The position numbers and the translations under genes are program-made. From contig DOGZ01000014.1 of the NCBI GenBank assembly GCA_003528115.1, positions 282,689 through 346,688 on the forward strand: a stretch of 64,000 nucleotides of DNA. The letters are read 5' to 3'. A model generated the notes under the pieces. That model was not told where the DNA came from. It worked only from the letters and a program-made list of their open reading frames with translations, and searched no databases. The first letter of the stretch is position 1, and each line of letters opens with the position of its first letter. Source of the DNA: Candidatus Omnitrophota bacterium (lineage in GTDB: Bacteria; Omnitrophota; Gorgyraeia; Zapsychrales; Zapsychraceae). This document shows positions 33,111 through 42,987 of this stretch, piece after piece.

Positions 33111-34298
33111 ATGATCCAGTCAAAAAAAGATAAAAAAAGACGCATTTTATTGATGTATATAACGAAAGTCTCGGGCCATCGACAAGCTACTTTGGCTATC
33201 CAGCAGACATTGCGGATGATGGACCCGACGATTGAAGCCCCGGCTATTAACGGATTTGGGTATACCTATCCTCTTCTGGAAAAAGTCGTTAATAGGGCTT
33301 ATTTGAGTGTCATTAAAAGGACACCCAAAGTTTGGGATTATCTGTATGACAATCCTAAAATAGTCAAAAAATCCCAGTCCATTAAGAATTTTCTTCATAA
33401 AACAAGCCACGCGAAAATTGCTAAATTGTTTGAGATGTATAACCCGGATACGGTTGTCTGCACCCAGGCGTTTCCTTGCGGGATGGTGGCGGATTATAAA
33501 AAGGCGCATAATCTTAATGTTACTTTGATCGGAGTCCTGACGGATTTTTCTCCGCACTCTTACTGGCTGAATGAGGGGGTGGATTATTATGTTGTGCCTT
33601 CCGTTGAAGTCAAAGAACGTTTTGTCAGAAAAGGCGTCAACCCGGATGCCATCAAAGTTTATGGGATTCCGATGCGTTTAAAATTTGCCGCTCAATTGGA
33701 TAGAGGGCCCATTGCCCAGAAACTTGGTTTGGATCCAGATGTCCCTACGATTCTGGTTATGGGGGGAGGGCAGGGATTAGGTCCGATCAAATCTATTGTC
33801 AAGTCTCTGTTGAAAGTAAGAATGAATTTTCAGATCATCGTCCTGGCAGGAGTTAATAAGAAAATTTTAAACACGTTAAAGAAGTATTCGAGAAAGACAG
33901 AAAAGAAATTATTGACGTTTGAGTTCGCGACGAATGTGGACGAACTTATGGAATTGGCCAGCTTAATCATCACTAAGCCCGGAGGAATGACCACGTCTGA
34001 GTGTTTGGCCAAAGGTTTGCCAATGGTCATTGTCAACCCGATTCCCGGTCAAGAGATGCGTAATACGGATTTTCTTATCAATAAAGGGATAGGAATGCGT
34101 ATTGATGATACGAATGATATCGGCGAAGAAATTGAACTCCTTTTGAAGTCTCCAGAGCGTTTAGCCGCTATGAGCAAAGCGGCCTATGAGAATGCCAAAC
34201 CTTATGCCGCCTTGAATGTTACAAGATTGATTTTAGGGCAAAGCGATAGCCAGCCGGGCGATCTCCCCAAGAACGCTATTACAGAAGATTATGTTTAA
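33111..34298 (+). CDS. GT28-family lipid glycosyltransferase (MGDG synthase / processive diacylglycerol glycosyltransferase-like)
   Basis: 395 aa. N-terminal G-rich loop (ITKVSGHRQA) and C-terminal nucleotide-sugar binding half resemble the MGDG-synthase/UgtP family. Confidence 0.75.
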   Translation: MIQSKKDKKRRILLMYITKVSGHRQATLAIQQTLRMMDPTIEAPAINGFGYTYPLLEKVVNRAYLSVIKRTPKVWDYLYDNPKIVKKSQSIKNFLHKTSHAKIAKLFEMYNPDTVVCTQAFPCGMVADYKKAHNLNVTLIGVLTDFSPHSYWLNEGVDYYVVPSVEVKERFVRKGVNPDAIKVYGIPMRLKFAAQLDRGPIAQKLGLDPDVPTILVMGGGQGLGPIKSIVKSLLKVRMNFQIIVLAGVNKKILNTLKKYSRKTEKKLLTFEFATNVDELMELASLIITKPGGMTTSECLAKGLPMVIVNPIPGQEMRNTDFLINKGIGMRIDDTNDIGEEIELLLKSPERLAAMSKAAYENAKPYAALNVTRLILGQSDSQPGDLPKNAITEDYV

Positions 34299-35154
34299 AT
34301 ATTTTTTGTATAAATTTGGTCAGTTTCTCACGAACCATCTCTCCTTAAAGACGTCTTACAAATTAGCCAATTTCCTTTCAGTCTTGCATTACTATTGGTC
34401 GCCGAACGACCGAAAGGCTGTAAGAAATAATTTGAAAATAATTAAAAAGTCAGAAGAAGATTTATCAGCCTTGACGAAGGATGTCTTCAAAAATTTCGGC
34501 CGATATCTCATTGAGTTTTTCAGAATGGGGAAAATGATCGACCAGCAGTACATTAAAAACAACATCAAAATTGAACATTTGGAACGCATTGATAAGGCCT
34601 TGAAAGCGAAGAAGGGGGTTATTCTGTTAACGGCCCACATAGGAAATTGGGAATTGGGGGCCGTTTTATTAAGTGTTCTGGGTTATCAGATGACTGCCGT
34701 TGCGTTACCGCATAAAGAAAGGCCGGTTAATGATTTATTTAATCATCAAAGGGAATCACAGGGGATAACGATTATTCCTACCCAAACGGCGGTGCGTAGG
34801 TGCTTGGAGTGTTTAGCCGAGAATAAAATTGTCGCACTCGTGGGAGATCGTGATTTTAGTAATAATGGTGAAGTGATAGATTTTTTAGGTTGTAAGGCCG
34901 TTCTTCCAAAAGGAGCAGCCATTCTTTCTGAGAAGACAGGAGCCCCGATCGTCCCGGTATTTCTTATTCGTGATCAAGAAGGAGTCTTTACCTTGACAGT
35001 CAGTCAGCCGATATATCCTCCTATCGTGTCAAAAGGGGTTGTCGCGCAAGAGACTTTATTTTTTATTATGCGGCAATATCTTTCTGTGATCGAAACGAAA
35101 ATTCGGGAATACCCTACTCAATGGCTCATGTTCAGGGAGTTTTGTGTGAAATGA
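34291..35154 (+). CDS. Lysophospholipid/lipid A-type acyltransferase (LpxL/HtrB-PatA family)
   Basis: 287 aa. HIGNWE catalytic motif typical of the LPLAT/LpxL family. 8-nt overlap with the upstream glycosyltransferase. Confidence 0.75.
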   Translation: MFKYFLYKFGQFLTNHLSLKTSYKLANFLSVLHYYWSPNDRKAVRNNLKIIKKSEEDLSALTKDVFKNFGRYLIEFFRMGKMIDQQYIKNNIKIEHLERIDKALKAKKGVILLTAHIGNWELGAVLLSVLGYQMTAVALPHKERPVNDLFNHQRESQGITIIPTQTAVRRCLECLAENKIVALVGDRDFSNNGEVIDFLGCKAVLPKGAAILSEKTGAPIVPVFLIRDQEGVFTLTVSQPIYPPIVSKGVVAQETLFFIMRQYLSVIETKIREYPTQWLMFREFCVK

Positions 35155-35813
35155 AAATTTGTGTTCTCATTCCTGTTCACAACGAGTCTTACGCGATCAG
35201 CGCTATTGTTCACGCGCTGCGCGCGAAATCTTTCGATGTTGTGGTGGTGGATGACGGTTCTACCGATAACTCCGGACGGATAGCCGAACAGCAGGGGGCT
35301 TGGGTGATCCGGCATGAACAAAAAAGAGGTAAGGGGAGTTCTTTACAAAGCGGATTCGATTATATCTTAAAACAGGGTTATGAAGGAATCATGGTTATGG
35401 ATGGAGACGGCCAGCATGCCGTTGAGGATATAGATCAATTTATCGCATTGGCCAAGAAAGATAAGTCGAGCATTATTGTTGGAAATCGCATGAAGAATCC
35501 GCAAGGAATGCCTTTAGTTCGGTTTCTGACGAACCGTTTTATGTCCTGTCTTATTTCATTGGCATGTAAACAATTCATCCCGGACACACAATGTGGTTTT
35601 CGGTTTATTAGCGGGGATATCCTCAAAGGCTTGCGTTTAACGTCCAGTGATTTTGAGATCGAGACGGAGATTCTCATCAAGGCCTCCAAAAAAGGTTGCA
35701 GGATTCATTCCGTCCCTGTAAAAACGATTTATCGCGATGAAGAAAGTAAGATCCGTCCCATTAAAGATACGATGCGCTTCATTATTTATTTTACTAAAGA
35801 AATATTTTCTTAA
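35151..35813 (+). CDS. GT2-family glycosyltransferase (polyprenyl-phosphate sugar transferase-like)
   Basis: VLIPVHNES...VVVVDDGSTDNS... has DXD-like motifs of GT2 (DPM1/ArnC-like). ATGA overlap with the upstream gene. The ORF-track start at 35121 is less likely. Confidence 0.8.
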   Translation: MKICVLIPVHNESYAISAIVHALRAKSFDVVVVDDGSTDNSGRIAEQQGAWVIRHEQKRGKGSSLQSGFDYILKQGYEGIMVMDGDGQHAVEDIDQFIALAKKDKSSIIVGNRMKNPQGMPLVRFLTNRFMSCLISLACKQFIPDTQCGFRFISGDILKGLRLTSSDFEIETEILIKASKKGCRIHSVPVKTIYRDEESKIRPIKDTMRFIIYFTKEIFS

Positions 35814-35837
35814 GCCTCCCCCGGGGACGACCAAGGT

Positions 35838-36530
35838 ATGGGAAATTCTTTATTTTATAAAGCCCTTTTTTTTTCTTTCTTTATTCATTTGGTGGGGATT
35901 GTTTTTTTCTCTCTATCCCCAGCCAGGCCTTTTCAGAAATCCCTTAAACGGATTGAGGTTACCTATCAAGCTATAAAAACGAAACAAGAAAACAAGAACA
36001 CTTCCCATGCCAAGAATTTGAGAATTATTAAAGAAGAGAAGTTTTCAAGGCGGGTTAAACTTCCTTTACAAAAGCCGAATCTTTTTTCGTCTTTAGGTAA
36101 TAAAATCAGGGATGTTTCGAAAGCCACGGATAACGTGAGTTTTAGTCAGAAACAGGTCCCTAAAATTAAGATTCTGGAGTCGGAACGTAAAATCAGCATT
36201 CCCATCTTTAAGATGGAGAAAATTACGAATCCAAATTACGTGGCTTTTACGGGAATCATGAAACGGAAAATTTTACAATGTGCTTATAAAAAGAAACTCT
36301 ACCGTCCAGAATTCGGAGAGGGGAGCGTGTATTTATCTTTTGTTTTGCTATCAGATGGAAGGCTGAAGCAAATCAAGATTATTGATGAAAAAACAGCCGC
36401 TAATAATGATTTGCGTCATATTGGTTTAAATATGGTAGAAGAGTCTGTTCCGTTTGCCCCTTTTCCTCAAGAATATCAAATTTACCCGGAGCTGACTTTT
36501 AATGTTCTTATTTCATTTGAAGATCAATAA
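35838..36530 (+). CDS. TonB-family C-terminal domain protein (membrane-anchored)
   Basis: N-terminal TM helix, and a C-terminal region (GEGSVYLSFVLLSDGRLKQIKIIDEK...) resembling the TonB/TolA C-terminal fold. Confidence 0.6.
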   Translation: MGNSLFYKALFFSFFIHLVGIVFFSLSPARPFQKSLKRIEVTYQAIKTKQENKNTSHAKNLRIIKEEKFSRRVKLPLQKPNLFSSLGNKIRDVSKATDNVSFSQKQVPKIKILESERKISIPIFKMEKITNPNYVAFTGIMKRKILQCAYKKKLYRPEFGEGSVYLSFVLLSDGRLKQIKIIDEKTAANNDLRHIGLNMVEESVPFAPFPQEYQIYPELTFNVLISFEDQ

Positions 36531-36575
36531 TACCAAGGATCTTTTATCTCGTAGTAACAAAGAAAGGAGGGAACA

Positions 36576-37055
36576 ATGGGTGCAAATCGTGATGAAATGA
36601 TGTCTCTGAGAAAAACTTTTAATAGTATTTCATTAAAAGAGGTCATGAAAAAGCATGTGGTGACGGTTTATGTCGATGATCCTTTTAGTTCTGTCGAACA
36701 AAAAATGCGCATTCATGAGGTTCGTCATCTTCCTGTTGTAGATTTAGACATGAGGCTTGTCGGGATTATTACGCAGCGTGATCTTTACCGTATCCGCTCT
36801 CCCAGAATTCATCCAGATGGGACAATATTTTATGAGAAGGATATCCTCGATGAATACCTTATTTCCCATACAATGACGAAGAATCCTATTGCTATGGATC
36901 TTTCGGCCTCCTTGGCTGATGCCATTGATAAGATGGGGGAGAAAAAATGCGGTTGTATACCTGTTGTGGATGAGAGACGCGTTGTTTGTGGTATCGTGAC
37001 TCAAACGGACGTCATGAAGTATATAGCCGAAATGATTAAGAATACGTTGGCTTAG
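36576..37055 (+). CDS. CBS domain pair protein
   Basis: 159 aa with two CBS motifs (HLPVVD...LVGIITQRDL and IPVVDERRVVCGIVTQTDVMK). AAAGGAGGG RBS. Confidence 0.8.
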   Translation: MGANRDEMMSLRKTFNSISLKEVMKKHVVTVYVDDPFSSVEQKMRIHEVRHLPVVDLDMRLVGIITQRDLYRIRSPRIHPDGTIFYEKDILDEYLISHTMTKNPIAMDLSASLADAIDKMGEKKCGCIPVVDERRVVCGIVTQTDVMKYIAEMIKNTLA

Positions 37056-37200
37056 TCTTTCTTGAAAGGCATTGATAATCCCTAGGTGCGCCCTCATGCG
37101 AATGCCTGCAGTGGGGGAGCTTATTGACAATAATCTTTTATAATGATATTTTATTTTGCTGTTTGTTTGTTTTTTTAAAAGAATGGAAAGGTTCAGAGTC

Positions 37201-37623
37201 ATGGATAAAGAAAAATACGTGGATGAATCGTGGAAAGAATCCGTGGCTCAAGATAAGGAGCGATTAAACTCTACATTGAAACAAGAAAAGGATTCCCATC
37301 AGTCCCAGACGCAGCACATTCAAGAAAACTCAGAAGAGAAGCCCAGAGCTTCTCCGGAGACGAGAGGTGAAGTGAATTTCCTCGAATACGCCTCAAATCT
37401 GGCTTTTCAGACTATGGTGTTTTTAGGACAGGTTGTTAATCCAGTAACGAATCAGCCTGAAGTAAATCTTGAGCAGGCTAAATATCTTATTGATACTCTT
37501 GTGATGTTGCGGGATAAGACTAAAGGGAATCTGACGAAGCCAGAGGCGCAATTTTTGGAAAATTCGATCTATGAGTTGCAAATGAATTATGTCGAACACG
37601 CAGAAAAGGAAGAAAGCCCATGA
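37201..37623 (+). CDS. DUF1844-like hypothetical protein
   Basis: The NFLEYASNLAFQTMVFLGQVVNPVTNQPEVNLEQAKYLIDTLVMLRDKTKGNLT pattern resembles DUF1844. The ORF-track start at 37156 (TTG) is less likely than the ATG at 37201 or 37183. Confidence 0.6.
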   Translation: MDKEKYVDESWKESVAQDKERLNSTLKQEKDSHQSQTQHIQENSEEKPRASPETRGEVNFLEYASNLAFQTMVFLGQVVNPVTNQPEVNLEQAKYLIDTLVMLRDKTKGNLTKPEAQFLENSIYELQMNYVEHAEKEESP

Positions 37624-37775
37624 TTGATCAAGAGCTTTTGAATATATTAGCGTGTCCGGCATGCCGTGGCGATGTCGAATTAAGAGACGGGAAAATATTT
37701 TGCAGGGAATGCGGGCGTAAATATCCTATTAAAGATGGGATTCCTGTCATGCTCGTAGATGAGGCTGAGAGGTAG
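37620..37775 (+). CDS. Trm112/YcaR-like small zinc-ribbon protein (UPF0434 family)
   Basis: Not in the ORF track (51 aa). Manual translation [55 protein letters not shown] overlap with the upstream gene. Confidence 0.75.
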   Translation: MIDQELLNILACPACRGDVELRDGKIFCRECGRKYPIKDGIPVMLVDEAER

Positions 37776-37815
37776 TCTCGCGCATGATAGTAAGCACGAA
37801 AATAAGGCGGGGAAA

Positions 37816-38262
37816 GTGAAGAAAATATTGGTGATCCATGGACCTAATCTAAACCTGTTGGGGCAGCGGGAGGCGGATATTTATGGGCGAACAACCCTTG
37901 ATGAAATAAACGCTTTATTAAAGAAAACAGCAGGGGAACAGGGGGTTGTTCTGACGATTTTTCAATCAAACCATGAAGGCGAGATCGTGGATGCCATTGG
38001 TAAGGCCAAGGAAGAAAAATTTAGTGCTATCCTTATTAATCCAGCAGCCTATACCCATACGAGTGTGGCTATCCGAGATGCTATTGCCGCGGTCGATGTC
38101 CCTACCCTCGAGGTTCACTTGTCAAACATCTATGCCAGGGAAGAATTCCGCCATACCTCTCTTATTGCTCCCGTCTGCCACGGGCAGATCAGCGGATTTG
38201 GGGTGAATAGTTATGTCCTGGGTTTGCAAGCAGCCGTTAACATAATCAAGAAGCCAAGTTGA
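37816..38262 (+). CDS. aroQ: 3-dehydroquinate dehydratase, type II
   Basis: [19 protein letters not shown]...[15 protein letters not shown] is canonical type II DHQase. GTG start at 37816; the ORF-track start at 37759 adds an atypical 19-aa leader. Confidence 0.88.
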   Translation: MKKILVIHGPNLNLLGQREADIYGRTTLDEINALLKKTAGEQGVVLTIFQSNHEGEIVDAIGKAKEEKFSAILINPAAYTHTSVAIRDAIAAVDVPTLEVHLSNIYAREEFRHTSLIAPVCHGQISGFGVNSYVLGLQAAVNIIKKPS

Positions 38263-38282
38263 GGATCATTCACCCTAAATTG

Positions 38283-39338
38283 ATGAGTAATCCCAGAATT
38301 AACAAAATTCTTAACGTCTTTGAGCAGAAGAAAATAGATGCCTTACTTGTGACAAAAGACGTTAACATTCAATATCTTACCTATACACCCTCTTCGGAAT
38401 CCTGGTTATTGATATGCCCCAAGAAGGTTTTCTATATAACGGATTTTCGTTATGTCCTTGAGGCGGAGAAAAGTCTTAAAGGTATTAGCGTTAAGCGTTA
38501 CGAAAATTCGATCCATGAAACGCTATTTCAGATTGCCAAGTCTATGCATGTCAGAAGGATAGGATTTGATGAACGACATATGACCTTGGCTACGTTTAAA
38601 GTTCTGAAAAAGGAGTGTCCTAAGGAAATTCGTTTGGTGGAGGGTAATAATATTGTGGAGGATCTCCGCGAGGTTAAAGAACGGGTGGAGATTGAGAGTA
38701 TTATTAAGGCGCTTAAAATTCATAAGCAAGCCCATGAATTCTTAAAAAAAGCCGTTAAACCAGGTATTTCCGAAAAAGCCCTTTTCTTTAAGCTGGAAGA
38801 ATTCGTTCGATCAAAAGGGGTTACATTCTCTTTTGCCCCCATTATAGCCTCCGGCCCTAATTCCTGCCATCCCCATGCCAAGGTTACGGAAAGAAAAATT
38901 CGCCGGGATGATTCTGTTTTGATCGACATGGGAATTGATTTAAAAGGCTATAAGTCCGACTTGACACGTATGTTCTTTTTAGGTAAAATATCCCCGCTCG
39001 TTCAGGAAGTTTATCATTTTGTCAAGGCAGCACAGTTGGAGGCCATAGGTAAAATCAAATCTGGTATCCCCGTAGGAGAGATTGATCAAACGGCCCGTAA
39101 CTATTTAGAAAAACAAAAGTTAGAAAAATATTTTGGTCATGCACTTGGCCATGGAGTCGGGTTGGAAATCCATGAGAGCCCGCGTTTGTCGCAGAAAAGT
39201 ACTGCCGTTTTGAAAGAAGGAATGATTATCACAGTTGAACCGGCCGTATACATTCCTGATAAATTCGGTATTCGTATAGAAGACATGGTTTTGGTAACTA
39301 AAGAAGGGTGTGAGGTGTTGAGTGACAATATCCATTAA
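38283..39338 (+). CDS. pepP: Xaa-Pro aminopeptidase / M24 family peptidase
   Basis: M24 metal-ligand blocks (DMGIDLKGYKSDLTRMF, HALGHGVGLEIHE, EPAVY). Start 38283 (ATG) or 38259 (TTG). Confidence 0.85.
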   Translation: MSNPRINKILNVFEQKKIDALLVTKDVNIQYLTYTPSSESWLLICPKKVFYITDFRYVLEAEKSLKGISVKRYENSIHETLFQIAKSMHVRRIGFDERHMTLATFKVLKKECPKEIRLVEGNNIVEDLREVKERVEIESIIKALKIHKQAHEFLKKAVKPGISEKALFFKLEEFVRSKGVTFSFAPIIASGPNSCHPHAKVTERKIRRDDSVLIDMGIDLKGYKSDLTRMFFLGKISPLVQEVYHFVKAAQLEAIGKIKSGIPVGEIDQTARNYLEKQKLEKYFGHALGHGVGLEIHESPRLSQKSTAVLKEGMIITVEPAVYIPDKFGIRIEDMVLVTKEGCEVLSDNIH

Positions 39339-39888
39339 TGAAATAGAATCAGGTATCGGGCTATTGATCAATGATGCTATTTATGTCGTCTTGGAATATA
39401 ATCATGTCAAACCAGGCAAGGGGAGCGCGTTTGTCAGGGTCAAGTTAAAAAACATTAAAACCCAACAGGTTTTGGAAAGAACCTTTCGGTCAGCGGACAA
39501 ATTGGATGACGTACCTTTAGAAGAAAAAAAAATGCAGAATCTTTATAGAAGCGGTGATTCCTATCATTTTATGGATTGTGCGACCTATGAGCAGATGGTA
39601 ATCCCTGAGGGGGTCCTAGGGGATGCTGTTAAGTTTTTGCAGGATAATCTCGAAATTGTCGCTGTTTGTCATCATAATCAAGTTCTTAAGGTCAATTTAC
39701 CAACGTTCATCATAGCCCAGATTACTCAGACTGAACCTGGTTTTAAAGGAGATTCATCCAGATCCGGGACAAAACCCGCCGTGATTGATACGGGAGCATC
39801 GATACAGGTGCCTTTGTTTATTAACATGGGAGATTGGATAAAAATCGATACAAGATCTGGAGGATATGTCGAAAGGGTGCAAAAATGA
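39322..39888 (+). CDS. efp: Elongation factor P
   Basis: 188 aa, GTG start, conserved HVKPGKGSAFVRVKLKN loop with the modifiable Lys. Confidence 0.9.
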   Translation: MTISINEIESGIGLLINDAIYVVLEYNHVKPGKGSAFVRVKLKNIKTQQVLERTFRSADKLDDVPLEEKKMQNLYRSGDSYHFMDCATYEQMVIPEGVLGDAVKFLQDNLEIVAVCHHNQVLKVNLPTFIIAQITQTEPGFKGDSSRSGTKPAVIDTGASIQVPLFINMGDWIKIDTRSGGYVERVQK

Positions 39889-40337
39889 ATTTAAAAGAAA
39901 TTCGTGAAATGATCAATCTCATGAATGAAAATGATCTTGCCGAGATTGAGATTGAACGTGAAGGGACGAAAATTAAGCTCAAGAAAGCATCCAGTGAGGT
40001 GGTTGAGCCGTCTTACAGAAGGCCTGCTGAGTATTATGGGGAGCCTTACGGTGGGAAGGCCGAAGCAAAAACACCGGAAACATCGCAAGCCACTAATAAA
40101 AAAGAAATTAAATCACCGATGGTTGGGACATTTTACAGGAGCCCGTCCCCAGAGGCACCGGTATTTGTTGAAATTGGTCAGATGGTAGAAGTCGGTCAGG
40201 TGGTTTGTATCGTTGAGGCTATGAAATTGATGAATGAAATCAAATCCGAAGTGAAGGGGAAAGTGGTAGAGGCCCTGGTGGATAACGCGCAACCGGTTGA
40301 GTTCGGCCAAACACTTTTTCTTGTCGAGCCTGTTTAG
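39885..40337 (+). CDS. accB: Biotin carboxyl carrier protein of acetyl-CoA carboxylase
   Basis: C-terminal biotinyl domain with the EAMKLMNEI motif. ATGA overlap with the efp stop; the ORF-track upstream start at 39834 is unlikely. Confidence 0.9.
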   Translation: MNLKEIREMINLMNENDLAEIEIEREGTKIKLKKASSEVVEPSYRRPAEYYGEPYGGKAEAKTPETSQATNKKEIKSPMVGTFYRSPSPEAPVFVEIGQMVEVGQVVCIVEAMKLMNEIKSEVKGKVVEALVDNAQPVEFGQTLFLVEPV

Positions 40338-40629
40338 GGATTGAATAGGGTGTATTAGGCGAAAATTTTTGTTGAGTTGTGTTCTGGTATGTTCTTAAGA
40401 GTTTCCATAATATTCAGTTCAAGATTTTGCTAACTTTACATGTTTCAAATCTCTAAAATTTTATCTTCTTCAATAGAAACTCTTCTCTCTGGAAGGATGG
40501 TTCCACATCCAAAAGTAATTTTTTTTTCAGATATTCTATTTTGTATTTTTCTATCGGCAGGGAAGAAATGTTTTTGATTTCTCTACAGGTTTAAAATATA
40601 GAAGTTCGATTTTAGATTCTTATTATTTT

Positions 40630-41991
40630 ATGTTCTCAAAAATTCTAATCGCTAACCGCGGTGAAATCGCTTTAAGAGTTATACGCGCTTGCCGCGAACT
40701 TAACATTCGAACCGTTGCCGTTTATTCAGAAGCTGACCGTGACTCTTTGCATGTCCGCTTTGCGGATGAGTCTGTTTGTATCGGTCCTCCCCCAAGCCTT
40801 GAGAGTTATCTGAATATTCCCGCCATTATCTCTGCGGCTGAAATCACAGACGTTGAAGCTATTCATCCAGGTTATGGCTTTCTATCCGAAAATGCGCACT
40901 TCGCTGAAGTTTGCGAATCCTGCAATATTACTTTTATTGGTCCCAGTCCAAAAACCATCAGGGCCATGGGGGATAAAGTCATGGCTAAAGAAACGATGCA
41001 TAAGATTGGTTTGCCGTTGACCCCGGGGGCGAAAGGGGTGGTCAAGACCAAGGAAGAGGCGCTCAGTATCGCCAAGAAAATAAAGTATCCTGTTATTATC
41101 AAAGCGGCGGCGGGCGGCGGCGGTAAGGGCATGCGTGTTTGCCATAATGACGTGACTTTAGTGAGCGCCTTTGGGATGGCTCAAAATGAGGCTGGTGTTA
41201 ACTTTGGCAATCCGGATGTTTATATAGAAAAATATATCGAGGACCCGCGGCACATTGAATTTCAAATTATGGCTGACCATTATGGCAACGTGATTCATCT
41301 GGGGGAAAGAGATTGCAGTATTCAAAGGCGGCATCAAAAATTATTGGAAGAATCCCCATCCCCCGCTTTAAATAGTCAGTTAAGAAAGAGAATCGGTGAC
41401 GCGGCAGTGAAGGCTGCCCGGGCCGTAAATTACAGAAGTGTTGGGACCATTGAGTTCCTCTTGGATAAGAACGGGGCATTTTACTTCATGGAGATGAATA
41501 CGCGCATTCAGGTTGAACATCCTGTGACCGAGATGGTCACTGGGATAGACCTTGTTAAAGAGCAGATCAAAATAGCGTCAGGAGAAAAGTTGAAGATCAA
41601 ACAGGATGATGTCAAATTTCATGGAGCGGCCATTGAGTGCCGGATCAACGCGGAGGATCCCGAAAATAATTTTGTCCCCTGTCCTGGGAAAATTGAACAA
41701 TTGAATATTCCTGGAGGCAACGGGGTCAGAGTGGATACCCATATTTATCCGGGTTATCAGATAAGCCCTTATTATGATTCGATGGTGGCCAAACTCATTA
41801 CTTTTGGTAAGAATCGTTCTGAGGCCATCAGTATTATGAGACGGGCCTTGGAGGAGTTTTATATAAGCCCGATTAAAACCACCACGGGATTGCATTTAGA
41901 GATTTTACAGCATCAAATATTCTTGGAAGGGAAAGCGACGACCCATTTCCTCGAGAAAATTAAGAAAAATGAGATGGAGGCGCATAAGTGA
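40630..41991 (+). CDS. accC: Biotin carboxylase subunit of acetyl-CoA carboxylase
   Basis: 453 aa ATP-grasp [21 protein letters not shown]... canonical AccC. Confidence 0.95.
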   Translation: MFSKILIANRGEIALRVIRACRELNIRTVAVYSEADRDSLHVRFADESVCIGPPPSLESYLNIPAIISAAEITDVEAIHPGYGFLSENAHFAEVCESCNITFIGPSPKTIRAMGDKVMAKETMHKIGLPLTPGAKGVVKTKEEALSIAKKIKYPVIIKAAAGGGGKGMRVCHNDVTLVSAFGMAQNEAGVNFGNPDVYIEKYIEDPRHIEFQIMADHYGNVIHLGERDCSIQRRHQKLLEESPSPALNSQLRKRIGDAAVKAARAVNYRSVGTIEFLLDKNGAFYFMEMNTRIQVEHPVTEMVTGIDLVKEQIKIASGEKLKIKQDDVKFHGAAIECRINAEDPENNFVPCPGKIEQLNIPGGNGVRVDTHIYPGYQISPYYDSMVAKLITFGKNRSEAISIMRRALEEFYISPIKTTTGLHLEILQHQIFLEGKATTHFLEKIKKNEMEAHK

Positions 41992-42344
41992 AAAATGATG
42001 ATAGCCTTGATTTTGGAAGTGTCCAGGTCCACAAGAAAGTTTTAGCCGATATCGTATCATCCGCCATCAATGATATCGAAGGGGTTAGTTTGATTACCAA
42101 AACCCTTTCTGATTATTTTGGGGAACTGTTGGGCCGGCAAAATATCCCTGGCGTTGAAGTCGTTATTGACGAAAACCATGAGGTAACGATAGATGTCAAA
42201 GTAATCGTGCGCTATGGTTTGAATATTCCGGATATGGCCAGGCAAATTCAGGAGACCATTAAAGCCGTTATAGCCAAGACGGTCGATATTCATTTGAAGA
42301 GTGTTAATATCAATATTCAGGGTATTGAGAGGGGGCAGAAATGA
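41988..42344 (+). CDS. Asp23/Gls24 family (alkaline shock protein-like) protein
   Basis: 118 aa. The [20 protein letters not shown]... pattern resembles the DUF322/Asp23 family. ATGA overlap with accC. Confidence 0.7.
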   Translation: MKNDDSLDFGSVQVHKKVLADIVSSAINDIEGVSLITKTLSDYFGELLGRQNIPGVEVVIDENHEVTIDVKVIVRYGLNIPDMARQIQETIKAVIAKTVDIHLKSVNINIQGIERGQK

Positions 42345-42955
42345 AGTTTTTTATGCGCGTTTTCCTATTATGTTGTGTGCTCTTGGTGTTGTTTCTGAGT
42401 TTCCTTTTTTTATTTCTTGCCATAGATTGGCTGAGGTTAGAAACGGTGGCGCATATCTTGCATGACATGCCGTACAATCTGACGACAAAAATAGTTCTCA
42501 GTGTGCTCGCCGTTGTCTTGATATTCGAGAATTATTTGTTATATCAAATTGTTTCTGAAGAAGGAAAGAGAGGAAAGACCATTGCCTTTGATAATCCTTC
42601 CGGGCGTGTCAGCGTCTCTTTGGTGGCCCTGGAAAATCTTATCAGGCAAAAAGTCTCGAAGTTGAATGAAGTTAAAGAAGTGAAGGTGAATATTGCCGCG
42701 ACCAAGAAAGAGTTGAAGGCGGTTGTTAAATTGATATTAACAGTCGAGGTAAATATCCCTGAGGTAACTTCACGCGTCCAGGATATTGTTAAGCAAAAAA
42801 TCCAGGACACCATCGGTATTGAGCAGTCAATTAATGTGGCCGTTTATGTCGGGAAAATCCTTCCTGAACAGATAAATTCTAGACGTTGTAAAGAAAAAGA
42901 AGGGGGGGAGGAAAAAACGGACTCTCACTTGCCTTTTCAGGGATATCGGGCTTAG
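42341..42955 (+). CDS. Membrane protein with Asp23-like C-terminal domain (AmaP-like anchor, tentative)
   Basis: N-terminal TM helices followed by an Asp23-like region. Coupled to the upstream Asp23 gene, as in asp23/amaP operons. Confidence 0.5.
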   Translation: MKFFMRVFLLCCVLLVLFLSFLFLFLAIDWLRLETVAHILHDMPYNLTTKIVLSVLAVVLIFENYLLYQIVSEEGKRGKTIAFDNPSGRVSVSLVALENLIRQKVSKLNEVKEVKVNIAATKKELKAVVKLILTVEVNIPEVTSRVQDIVKQKIQDTIGIEQSINVAVYVGKILPEQINSRRCKEKEGGEEKTDSHLPFQGYRA

Positions 42956-42987
42956 AAGCGTCTTTTTTCTAATTCAAAGGATGGGAT

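Noticed and set aside
40338-40629. Possible CRISPR array or mobile element in the accB-accC gap
   Set aside because: No direct repeats of 20 nt or more, no terminal inverted repeats, and no transposase ORF. Kept only as an unexplained spacer (see findings).
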